Assembly: GCA_963695335.1 (NCBI GenBank) | Contig: OY968764.1 | Span: forward strand, 1,024,001 to 1,088,000 | From: an uncultured bacterium | GTDB lineage: Bacteria > Babelota > Babeliae > Babelales > Vermiphilaceae | Length of the DNA stretch: 64,000 nucleotides | Direction: 5' to 3' | In this document: piece by piece, positions 37,958-46,546 of the stretch | Position numbering within the stretch: the first letter of the stretch is position 1 | How the letters are laid out: each line of letters opens with the position of its first letter | Made by a program: the position numbers and the translations under genes | The notes under the pieces: model-generated | What the model was told of the DNA's origin: nothing | Seen by the model: only the letters and a program-made list of their open reading frames with translations | Databases searched by the model: none

Positions 37958-39787
37958 TTAATGCCCGATCCAATTTAAATACGCGTCATATGTACCCATT
38001 CGTGTTGTCCTATTCCCTAAATTCTGCACAGAATCTGCCATCTTCCATACTCCACCATTATGACAATCTACATCAGGCGATATATATCGATTTCCTTTTT
38101 TAAATACAGGCTGACCTTGAGACCGATAATTAGTTTTTTCAAAACCTAAATCCTTTGCCGCTTTTGTTGCCTCTTGTGCTGTTTTAAAAGAATTTTCTCT
38201 ATTACTAGAATTTTTTTCAGACTCATCATCATTTTTATTGTTATTATTTTGCGGACTACCAGCAACAACGATACTTTCTAATTTATTTTTAGCTTCAGCA
38301 ATAGCTTGAGCATTACGCCCATTTCTATTTTTTTGCAACTGAGCTTTAATCTCATTCTTTGCATGCCCTATAGAAATTCTACGGTACTCGTAATACTGCT
38401 CAGATACAGCAGTATTACGAGCAATACGGCTTTTTCCTTGCACAATTTTCTGATCAAATTCACTGATTACAGAATTCATCTTCTCTAAAAGATCAGCAAT
38501 ATTTGTAGAATCCTTAAGGCACGCAGTCTTCATGCACTTGTGATAATACTGAGCAACTATTTTGAACTCATTAACCTTTTGCTCAAGATTTTTAAGCAAA
38601 CAATCCTCAAGTAAATCCATTTTATACGCTTGAAATGCTATAGCATCAGTCATTGTATCGCGATTCTCATTCCATTTGGTCGTAGCTGAATGTATTTCCC
38701 CTTCAACACTTGCGCACTCGTCATTAGCAGCATGCATCTGCTCTATAAGCTCATTAATATGAAAAGCCAGAACAGTTTGCAAAGTAACAATTTCTTGTTC
38801 CATGTGCTGCAACTCAGCTTCTCGCACTATCCTAAGATTCTCTTTTTGATTATCAGATAACTGCATTTCACGTGCAGAAGAAATTTGTAAAAGCTGATTT
38901 GGCTGATGCGCATATACTGGAACGGTTTGCTTTAAGAATTGATACGTAAAATCTGCTGAGTTACCACTGCAAAGAGCTTTGAGATTTTCTAAGCCATTTT
39001 TAATAGAAAGAAGTTCTTGATACATCCCCTGTAATGCAGCTAATCTTTCAATATAATAAAAGCGCTCTGCAAGCATCACATGCGATGGTAAAGCAATTGT
39101 TACATCAGCACCAGGACAGTCTTGTATATATGCCTGATATGCTTTATGGGCGATAGTAGACAACGCAATAGTAGCGCCAATTGTAGCTGTAATAGGATTG
39201 ATAGTTATCACACCGCCTAAACAAGTACTAGAAAGACCAAGAACAAGTGGCTCGGCATTATGCACCCATACATCACAGTGATCTATACGAAAAATATGAT
39301 CTTCAACCGTGAGAAAATAAAGTAATGTATGTTCATTAATTAATTCTACATATGTTACTAAAGAACTTTGATGTTCATCACACAGCACCATATCTCCCGG
39401 TTTAAGCCTGTACGCTTTAACACCAATATATGTAGAAGGATTATAATACATCTGATCATACCCTACATACATAGTTGTATTATGTATAATCAGTTTTACA
39501 CACCGATTCACGTGATGTTTTGTGATGGCAACAATGATCTTTTCTTTTCCATTGCCACCAATAACAATATCACCTTCCCTTAATGTTTTTATAGGCTCAT
39601 ATCCAAAAGGTGTTTTGACAAGTGTGTTACCACAAAAACCTTCTTGAGGTCGATATTCATTTGGTAGCAGCGGCCTGCGTGGTAGTGGAGTTTTTCGTTC
39701 AACAACTATTCCTTCGCTACGAATACTATGAGATGCACAAAAAAGAATGGAAAACAATAAGCCGTGTAAAAAGACGAACTTCTTCAT
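37958..39787 (-). CDS. Polymorphic toxin: signal peptide + Hint domain + coiled coil + Ntox21-like RNase tip
   Basis: GFCGNTLVKTP...I..L..GD.V and LTVEDH...VWVHN Hint motifs; C-terminal GQPVFKKGNRYISPDVDCHNGGVWK...RMGTYD fits Ntox21 [DS]xDxxxH and RxG[ST] motifs. Confidence 0.85.
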   Translation of the reverse strand: MKKFVFLHGLLFSILFCASHSIRSEGIVVERKTPLPRRPLLPNEYRPQEGFCGNTLVKTPFGYEPIKTLREGDIVIGGNGKEKIIVAITKHHVNRCVKLIIHNTTMYVGYDQMYYNPSTYIGVKAYRLKPGDMVLCDEHQSSLVTYVELINEHTLLYFLTVEDHIFRIDHCDVWVHNAEPLVLGLSSTCLGGVITINPITATIGATIALSTIAHKAYQAYIQDCPGADVTIALPSHVMLAERFYYIERLAALQGMYQELLSIKNGLENLKALCSGNSADFTYQFLKQTVPVYAHQPNQLLQISSAREMQLSDNQKENLRIVREAELQHMEQEIVTLQTVLAFHINELIEQMHAANDECASVEGEIHSATTKWNENRDTMTDAIAFQAYKMDLLEDCLLKNLEQKVNEFKIVAQYYHKCMKTACLKDSTNIADLLEKMNSVISEFDQKIVQGKSRIARNTAVSEQYYEYRRISIGHAKNEIKAQLQKNRNGRNAQAIAEAKNKLESIVVAGSPQNNNNKNDDESEKNSSNRENSFKTAQEATKAAKDLGFEKTNYRSQGQPVFKKGNRYISPDVDCHNGGVWKMADSVQNLGNRTTRMGTYDAYLNWIGH

Positions 39788-39900
39788 ATATGTACTTCTT
39801 CAATGATGAATTTTTAATGGATAAGCATTTTTTTGAGTTGTAGTATAGCTGATCGCTGAAAAAGAATATATAAGATATAAATGGTCTATTTTTTTATGTT

Positions 39901-41742
39901 TTAATCAACCTCAGGTTCTGATACGGTATATGCTTTTATCAATTTTTTTTGTCTTTCAACAGGTTGTTCCGTTAATACATTTTTTATTTTTTCAATATGC
40001 TCAGGAATAATTTTTTCAGATGGGTGTTGCTTACGCACCTCAATCATTTTTTCTTCATATTCTTTTCTATACCAGGAAGGACTCATCAAGGAATCAACTT
40101 TTTCAGCTCTAATTCCTGTGCTTTTTCCAACCTCCAACTCAACGAAATATAAAACACCAAATTTATCCTTAAAATAAACTCGAACATCCCCTGCGCTATG
40201 TCCACTAAAAATAACAATATCTTTCCTATCTCCAATCTCATCAATAAAAAAAACTTTATAAACTTGTGGTGTCCAATCTACTATAAACCAATGTAATACA
40301 TTAGCAAAACTTGTCGGCGATGATATTTTTTTTATTCTCTGAACAACAGGTTCTTGCCTATTACCAACTAATTTTGGTGATACCATAGAAAATATTGCCC
40401 TCATCTTATTTGAATTAAATTTAAGCTCAAAGGGAATATCATCTGTATATAACAAAATTATTTTAGGATCTTTCTTGAAAAAAGATATAACATCTAATGG
40501 TTTTTCAGGGTTTCTTGCTTCTGCCAAAACTGAATTTATTGAAACAACCTCTTTTTCCCATCCTAAAATTGAAAACCATTCTAATCTTGGCATTTTAATT
40601 TGAAATATCATTGACGCATGACCAGTAAACAAAGGCTCCATAATTTTTTCATACTCACCATTAAGCGTTGTGGCTCTTTTTAAAAAATGAGCAAAATTAA
40701 TACCTACTGTTAATTGTTTTTTTGCATATTTATCCCAAGCAACAGTATCAACAGCAGGAAGATAATCTCCTGTTGACACATTATTTAGCCCTTCCACTAT
40801 TATAGGAAATGAATAATAGCTTTTTATTTCCGACTTCATATTTCCATAAATCTTCTCACTATTTACCCCCATTGCATAACAAGATTTAACCACGAGCAGC
40901 TGAGTGATTATTTTATTTTCTAAAAAATATAGTAATTTTTTAAAACCATCAAAACTAAGCCATACTATCGAAGAATTAAGTAAACCATGGCCATCTATAT
41001 AAATAAACCATTCAGGCATACTCATACTTGCATTCTCATAGTCAGATTTTGTACAAAAAATAGCATCTAAAGAATCAATAAAATAATCCGCAAACTGTAC
41101 TTCATTCGGTCTATTAATGTCTTTAATATCAATAGTTTTCATATGATTAACTTTAAGTCCTAATCGTAATTCCACATCAGTTGTCAAGCTTGAAGACTCA
41201 AAATATTTCTCCACCTTATCCTTATCAATACCAAAAGATTTTAAATAAGATTGGGGTATCAAAAGATTCAATGAATTATTAATTTTTTTTATAATCCATT
41301 GCTCCTCTTTCCAGCCTATCCTACTTGTCACTATAGCATTCTTTATTGGATATTCTTGTCTTAAAGCTCTTTTTAAAATAGAATTCCCTGTCTCTCTTAA
41401 AACAACGTTTTCATCTGCCAACTCATTCATTAACTGATCAGTAGATCTATTATCTTTTCTTCTAAATTCAAGCAACATATACAATAATGAAGTAGAAACA
41501 ATTATTGGCCCGGCCTCTTGATAAAGTGCAGCCACTAAATCCGCTCCAACCGCATCAAATATACCTTTTTCTGCTTTTTCTGAGTCATCCAAAAATATCA
41601 GTAATCCTTTTTGCCTATTTATTTCTTCTTTCGATGGCAAACCCAGCCATCTTTTTACGTTAGTTTTACCCCTTTCTGTCATACGCATGGGAAAAAGATT
41701 TATTGAACAAAAAGCTACAAAAAATAAGATTAGATTTTTCAT
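39901..41742 (-). CDS. Secreted protein, putative clan CD (caspase-fold) protease; paralogue of 42692..44506
   Basis: Signal MKNLILFFVAFCSINLFP; IYIDGHG...LVVKSCY; C-terminus AYTVSEPEVD. Confidence 0.7.
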   Translation of the reverse strand: MKNLILFFVAFCSINLFPMRMTERGKTNVKRWLGLPSKEEINRQKGLLIFLDDSEKAEKGIFDAVGADLVAALYQEAGPIIVSTSLLYMLLEFRRKDNRSTDQLMNELADENVVLRETGNSILKRALRQEYPIKNAIVTSRIGWKEEQWIIKKINNSLNLLIPQSYLKSFGIDKDKVEKYFESSSLTTDVELRLGLKVNHMKTIDIKDINRPNEVQFADYFIDSLDAIFCTKSDYENASMSMPEWFIYIDGHGLLNSSIVWLSFDGFKKLLYFLENKIITQLLVVKSCYAMGVNSEKIYGNMKSEIKSYYSFPIIVEGLNNVSTGDYLPAVDTVAWDKYAKKQLTVGINFAHFLKRATTLNGEYEKIMEPLFTGHASMIFQIKMPRLEWFSILGWEKEVVSINSVLAEARNPEKPLDVISFFKKDPKIILLYTDDIPFELKFNSNKMRAIFSMVSPKLVGNRQEPVVQRIKKISSPTSFANVLHWFIVDWTPQVYKVFFIDEIGDRKDIVIFSGHSAGDVRVYFKDKFGVLYFVELEVGKSTGIRAEKVDSLMSPSWYRKEYEEKMIEVRKQHPSEKIIPEHIEKIKNVLTEQPVERQKKLIKAYTVSEPEVD

Positions 41743-41827
41743 ATCTGAAAATCCTTTATTGAATATACCACTCAATAGATCATCACTATCATGATACTTG
41801 ATTTCCAAACTGAAAAGAAAGAGTTGA

Positions 41828-41894
41828 CCTTAGAATCTTCACTTCTTGGCGCAAGCCAGACGAAGTTGCGCAGCAACGGAGACTGGCGCGCCCG
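41828..41894. repeat. 67-bp exact direct repeat (tRNA 3' end + 56-bp trailer), copy 1
   Basis: Identical to 45660-45726. Confidence 0.9.
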
Positions 41895-41960
41895 ACAGGG
41901 ATCGAACCTGTGGCCTACAGATTAGGAATCTATCGCTCTATCCTACTGAGCTACGGGCGC
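41884..41960 (-). tRNA. tRNA-Arg (anticodon CCT)
   Basis: Cloverleaf GCGCCCG..GCTC..GAGC..ATAGA-TTCCTAA-TCTGT..GGTTCGATCCC..CGGGCGCGCCA with encoded CCA. Confidence 0.95.
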
Positions 41961-42038
41961 TTCTTTAAATCATTATTTCAATAAAAATGCCCTACCGTCT
42001 CTAAATTATGGTGGGCAAATCAAACCTTTAAGAAGAAT

Positions 42039-42072
42039 GGCCTGCCAGACATAGCTTTACGCGAAGTCTGGC
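42039..42072. repeat. Family-B palindromic repeat
   Basis: GGCCTGCCAGACATAGCTTTACGCGAAGTCTGGC; near-identical at 45450-45483. Confidence 0.75.
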
Positions 42073-42214
42073 TCACCTAATAGACACATTCAGTAACCAT
42101 ACAATAGAGTTTACCGTTAGCTTACAAAGCATGCAAATGCTTGTCCTGGTTCAGTACATATGAGACTCGGACCTCATATTAATTATCCTAAAAAATTGAC
42201 TAGGTGTCAAAAGC

Positions 42215-42310
42215 CCTATACTTTTATTAGTTGGCGGGGAAAAGAAAAGCCAAGAACGAGATATAGAAAAAGCGAAGCAGTATTGGCTCGATGGGAAGGA
42301 ATTATTATGA
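42215..42310 (+). pseudogene. C-terminal remnant of RelE/HigB-type addiction-module toxin
   Basis: Frame reads PILLLVGGEKKSQERDIEKAKQYWLDGKELL*, stop overlaps the antitoxin ATG (ATGA); in-frame stop just upstream, no start. Confidence 0.75.
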
Positions 42311-42609
42311 AAAGAGAATTTAGAGATTATCAAGAAAAATTAATCCAAGATTTACAAGATCCAGAAGAGGCAAGTCTTTACCTTAATGAAGCACTTAAAG
42401 ATGAAGATCCTCGTGTTTTTTTACTTGCATTAAAAAATGTATGTGAAGCACAAGGAGAAACAATGGCAGATCTTGCACGACAAGCTAAAATAAGTAGAGA
42501 GAATTTATATCGTATATTATCTCAAAAAGGAAATCCTAAATTGAACAATGCAATATCTTTATTAAATGCTGTTGGATTTCAACTTTCTGTTTCGCCTTTC
42601 AAAAAATAG
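42307..42609 (+). CDS. Addiction-module antidote protein (HigA-like HTH)
   Basis: L.DPEEA..YL..AL.....F..AL..V..AQG.M..LA......RE.LYR.LS.KGNP pattern. Confidence 0.88.
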   Translation: MKREFRDYQEKLIQDLQDPEEASLYLNEALKDEDPRVFLLALKNVCEAQGETMADLARQAKISRENLYRILSQKGNPKLNNAISLLNAVGFQLSVSPFKK

Positions 42610-42691
42610 TAGGCTTAACAATACATTTACTAAAAACTAGCAAATAAAAACAGATGATAGTCATTATGCCATCGTCTGTTTTTGTTATATC

Positions 42692-44506
42692 TTAATCAAC
42701 CTCAGGTTCTGAGACCGTATAAGCTTCTTTTAATTTTTTCTGCTCTTCTAATTGTTTGGCCAAGACGTCTTCTATTTTTTTAATTTGTTCAGAACTAATC
42801 TCTTGCTTTTCCTCTTCTTGAGAGAGTGCTGAATACGCATCTCGCTTTTGAATAAAATCTTGATAATATTTATCAAATTCAGAGTCTTTATCAAGTTTTT
42901 CAAATATTATCTCTTTCTCTGTTCCCCATAATTTTGTGGTAAAGGTATTATTATCTTGATCTGTATAATAAACTCTCATTGCACCATCATTTGTACGAAG
43001 AATAATAATATCTCTCTTATCATTAATTTCATCAATACAAAAAAAATTAAAACCAAGACCATTCCTGACAGGCCCAAACCAATTTAATATGTCAGAAAAA
43101 TTTTGAGTCGATGATATCTTTTTTATCCTTATATAAACGTCTTTTATTTCTTTTTTTTCTTCTATTAATTGTAGTGATACCATAGAAACTATAAACTTCA
43201 CCTGTGAAGAATTAACTACAAGCTCAAAAGGAATATTATCTGTATATAATAAAATAGCTATTGGGTCCTTCTTAAAAAAAGAAACGATATCCAATGGTTT
43301 TTGAGGATCTCTTGTCTTGGCCAACTTAGAATCTATTGAAACAAAGCTTTTATCTATATCTATTACCGAAAACCATTCCATGCTCGGCAATTTTATTTGA
43401 GGCGCACTTGATATGACCCTAGAAAATACGGATTTTATAATCTCATCATAATTACCTTCTAATTCCTTTGCTTTTTTAAAAAAACTAACAAAATCACAAT
43501 ATGTTGTTAAGTGAGTATGTTTATAGAAAAAACCTTTTACAGTAATATCAGGCTTCTTCACTAGGGCCTGTGTATCGTTCAGAGCTTGAATAATTATGGG
43601 GTATGAATAATATTCTTGTGTCCCTAATTTTATTTCTCCATAAACTTTGTTTACATTTATTCCCGCTGCGTAACAGGAAGAAATCACTAACAACTTAGTA
43701 CTAATTTTAGTATCTAAAAAATGTAATAGTTTTTTAAAACCATCAAGACTAATATGCGCAATTGAATGAAGTGCCCCCCCATGACCAGCCAGATATATAA
43801 GCCATTTAGGAATATTCATAGCTCCATTCTGATAATCCAATCTTTTACAAAAAATATTATCTAAGGAATCTATAAAATAATCTGCAAAAATTGGTAGCGA
43901 TTGCTGCAATAATGGTGTATGAGCATAGCCAACAAATTGTTTTATCTCATAAATTAATTGATGAATTAACTTATATTCTATGGTTTCCATGTGATTCACC
44001 TTAAGCCCTAATTGTAATTCAACATCAGATACTACATCTATTCCCATAGTGCTATCAAATGTTTTTACCTTATCTGCATCAATCTTTAAAGTTTTCAGAT
44101 AATTCATTGGGATTAAAAGATTTAATGAATTGTTAATTTTTTTTATAATCCATTCGCTTGATTGAAAAAAACCACTCACAAAATAATATCGAGTTTCCTC
44201 ATTTACAATATTATTCAATACGTGAGTTGAGACTATAATTGGACCAGCCTGTTGTCCAATAGCTGTTATTAAATAACTTTCTGTAAATCCTGGCTCTTGT
44301 CCTGTTTCTGAATCATCTAAAAATATCAATAATTCTCTTTTTCTTTTTATCACTTCTTCTTGTTGTGCTATACCTAAATATCTTTTAGCGGAAGCCTTTC
44401 CTCTTTCAGACATACGCATAGGAAAAATATACGTAGAAGAAAAAAGCACAAAGAGTGATATATACAACGCATAATTGGTATTTTTTTTATGTATTATATC
44501 TTTCAT
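42692..44506 (-). CDS. Secreted protein, putative clan CD protease; paralogue of 39901..41742
   Basis: IYLAGHG...LVISSCY; shares LIFLDDSE, LGLKVNHM, FFKKDP and C-terminal AYTVSEPEVD. Confidence 0.7.
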   Translation of the reverse strand: MKDIIHKKNTNYALYISLFVLFSSTYIFPMRMSERGKASAKRYLGIAQQEEVIKRKRELLIFLDDSETGQEPGFTESYLITAIGQQAGPIIVSTHVLNNIVNEETRYYFVSGFFQSSEWIIKKINNSLNLLIPMNYLKTLKIDADKVKTFDSTMGIDVVSDVELQLGLKVNHMETIEYKLIHQLIYEIKQFVGYAHTPLLQQSLPIFADYFIDSLDNIFCKRLDYQNGAMNIPKWLIYLAGHGGALHSIAHISLDGFKKLLHFLDTKISTKLLVISSCYAAGINVNKVYGEIKLGTQEYYSYPIIIQALNDTQALVKKPDITVKGFFYKHTHLTTYCDFVSFFKKAKELEGNYDEIIKSVFSRVISSAPQIKLPSMEWFSVIDIDKSFVSIDSKLAKTRDPQKPLDIVSFFKKDPIAILLYTDNIPFELVVNSSQVKFIVSMVSLQLIEEKKEIKDVYIRIKKISSTQNFSDILNWFGPVRNGLGFNFFCIDEINDKRDIIILRTNDGAMRVYYTDQDNNTFTTKLWGTEKEIIFEKLDKDSEFDKYYQDFIQKRDAYSALSQEEEKQEISSEQIKKIEDVLAKQLEEQKKLKEAYTVSEPEVD

Positions 44507-44788
44507 AACCCCAAACCCCCTTTATTGAATATATGAATTAATAAATCACCATCGTCATAATATAAAATTTCCAATATAAAAAACAAGAATTTAGCTCATA
44601 GTGAGAACTCAAAGCAATTATTGGCAAAAATAAGCCACAATCATGGTATCGGCTGATTACTAAGGCAAGCAAGATTACATTGCCTATGATGCATAGCCCG
44701 TTTAAAAAAATACGTAAATGTATTGAAGAGTTTAAGGCGATTAGTTTATCATACAAAAAATTTATTTATACATAGTTAGAGGTGAAGT

Positions 44789-45427
44789 ATGGAATATATA
44801 AAATCGTGGGCGTTATCATTATTAGCAGCATTAGGTTTTACACAATCAACGGTAGAAACAACATCAAAGCAGCCATTAAAAGTTGGTTCAACTCAAATTA
44901 CCATTGTACAAGGTGATATCACCAAACAAAAAGTTGATGCAATTGTGAATGCTGCAAATGAAGATTTACAACATGGTGGTGGTGTTGCACGAGCCATCTC
45001 TCAAGCAGCAGGCCCCAAAATGCAACAATATTGTGATGCAATGCCAGTGCTTGCGCAAGGTAAAAAATGTCCAACAGGGAGTGCTGTTATTACTCCTGCA
45101 TTTAACTTAGAAAAAATAGGTATTAAAAAAATAATCCATGCAACCGGTCCACGTGGGAATACACCTCATAAAGAAAAATTACTTGCTGATGCATATAAAA
45201 ATAGTTTGCAGGTTGCTGCAGATAATGGGTTAAGAGGTATTGCATTTCCTGCGATTAGTACTGCAATATTTGGATATGATATTAATGAGGCTACACCTAT
45301 TGCATTTGCTGCAGTAAAAGATTTTATTAAAGCTCATCCAAAAGCATTCGATGAAGTGCGATTTGTTCTTTTTTCTAATGATGATTTGGCTGTGTATAAA
45401 AAATGGGCTGATAAATTTTTATCATAA
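44789..45427 (+). CDS. Macrodomain (MacroD/YmdB-like ADP-ribosylhydrolase) with N-terminal export-like leader
   Basis: GDIT, IVNAAN, HGGGVARAI, IIHATGP, AFPAISTAIFGY; leader WALSLLAALGF. Confidence 0.9.
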   Translation: MEYIKSWALSLLAALGFTQSTVETTSKQPLKVGSTQITIVQGDITKQKVDAIVNAANEDLQHGGGVARAISQAAGPKMQQYCDAMPVLAQGKKCPTGSAVITPAFNLEKIGIKKIIHATGPRGNTPHKEKLLADAYKNSLQVAADNGLRGIAFPAISTAIFGYDINEATPIAFAAVKDFIKAHPKAFDEVRFVLFSNDDLAVYKKWADKFLS

Positions 45428-45449
45428 AAAATTTCCTTTAAAAAAGACT

Positions 45450-45659
45450 GGCCTGCCATACGTAGCTTTACGCGAAGTCTGGCCGTGCCATACGTAGCCT
45501 CGCTTTTTTTTACAAAAAAAGTCCTCCGAAGTGTTAACACATAGGAGGAGCGAAAATAGCGGGCTAGTCCGTCTACGCCTTTGATCCGTTTTCGCCTACG
45601 GCTTCTTCGGACTCACGCTAGGTCGGACAGTCTCCTATTTTGCCATCAAAGCTTTTGGG
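45450..45659. repeat. Cluster of family-B GC-rich hairpin repeats
   Basis: GGCCTGCCATACGTAGCTTTACGCGAAGTCTGGC, tandem GCCATACGTAGC, GTCCTCCG...GGAGGA. Confidence 0.6.
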
Positions 45660-45726
45660 CCTTAGAATCTTCACTTCTTGGCGCAAGCCAGACGAAGTTG
45701 CGCAGCAACGGAGACTGGCGCGCCCG
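45660..45726. repeat. 67-bp exact direct repeat (tRNA 3' end + trailer), copy 2
   Basis: Identical to 41828-41894. Confidence 0.9.
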
Positions 45727-45792
45727 GCAGGATTCGAACCTGCGACCTGCTGATTCGAAGTCAGACGCTCTATCCGACTGAGCTACGGGCGC
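45716..45792 (-). tRNA. tRNA-Arg (anticodon TCG)
   Basis: GCGCCCG..GCTC..GAGC..CTGA-CTTCGAA-TCAG..GCAGG-TTCGAAT-CCTGC-CGGGCGCGCCA. Confidence 0.95.
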
Positions 45793-45831
45793 AATTATTT
45801 ATATTTATTTCGATTTTTGCGCCCTAGCTCA

Positions 45832-45935
45832 CTGAGCGGAGTTTATCCTGAGCTCGTCGAAGGGGGCGCAATTATTTTTATCCCCATTTTCACTCCGTTT
45901 CAATCGGGGACCCATTGGAATGAATGGAAATAGAG
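45832..45935. repeat. Family-A half plus family-C repeat
   Basis: TCCTGAGCTCGTCGAAGG followed by CCCCATTTTC...AATCGGGGACCC. Confidence 0.6.
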
Positions 45936-46057
45936 ACTAACTTATTTATACCAAAAAAAACGTCATTTAGCCAGTAAAATGGGGCCCTTTGACCATACTA
46001 TTTATACATGATACCCTTAAAATGAGGACAAAATAGTATAAAAATAGGGGTTTTTAT

Positions 46058-46546
46058 ATGAAATATTCATTTTTTAGTCGAATTCGGGACATCCTATTTC
46101 TCTGCGCATTACTACTTTTGGTCAAAGCAGCCTTTGAACGCACCACTTCATATATCAAGTTACACAAAGATTCTATGATCCATGAGCTGGATATTGATTT
46201 TATCGATCAAATCTACACAGCGCAACGTCAATTACACGTTTTAGAAGAACACCCCGTGTACGCTCATGAATATTCGGATAATCTTGCAGAGATTAAAAGA
46301 CAACTGACAGCCATTGAAGAAAAGTACAAAAAAAACTCACCTGGCCTTGCATTGCTTGGACCAATTGGATCTGCTGCAATTGTAGTAAAAGAAAAAGAGC
46401 TTGAACGGAAATTACTCAATACCGTAAATGATTTGAGTAAAATTGTTGCAAGCATCAATAATAAGCAAGAAGAATTTGTAGCTGCACAAAACATTAATTG
46501 TGCATTAAGTACAAATAAACTCGCAATAAAGAGTTTAGTGACGTAA
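46058..46546 (+). CDS. Hypothetical membrane-anchored protein
   Basis: N-terminal hydrophobic helix, coiled-coil body. Confidence 0.65.
   Translation: MKYSFFSRIRDILFLCALLLLVKAAFERTTSYIKLHKDSMIHELDIDFIDQIYTAQRQLHVLEEHPVYAHEYSDNLAEIKRQLTAIEEKYKKNSPGLALLGPIGSAAIVVKEKELERKLLNTVNDLSKIVASINNKQEEFVAAQNINCALSTNKLAIKSLVT

Noticed and set aside
42160..42306. N-terminal 49 aa of the antitoxin ORF
   Set aside because: Out-of-frame read-through over the toxin remnant; the real start is ATG 42307.
44538..44756. 72-aa hydrophobic ORF
   Set aside because: No SD or recognisable family; lies between divergent genes; unsupported.
45334..45781. Short ORFs 45334..45540 and 45581..45781
   Set aside because: They overlap the repeat cluster and the tRNA antisense strand.
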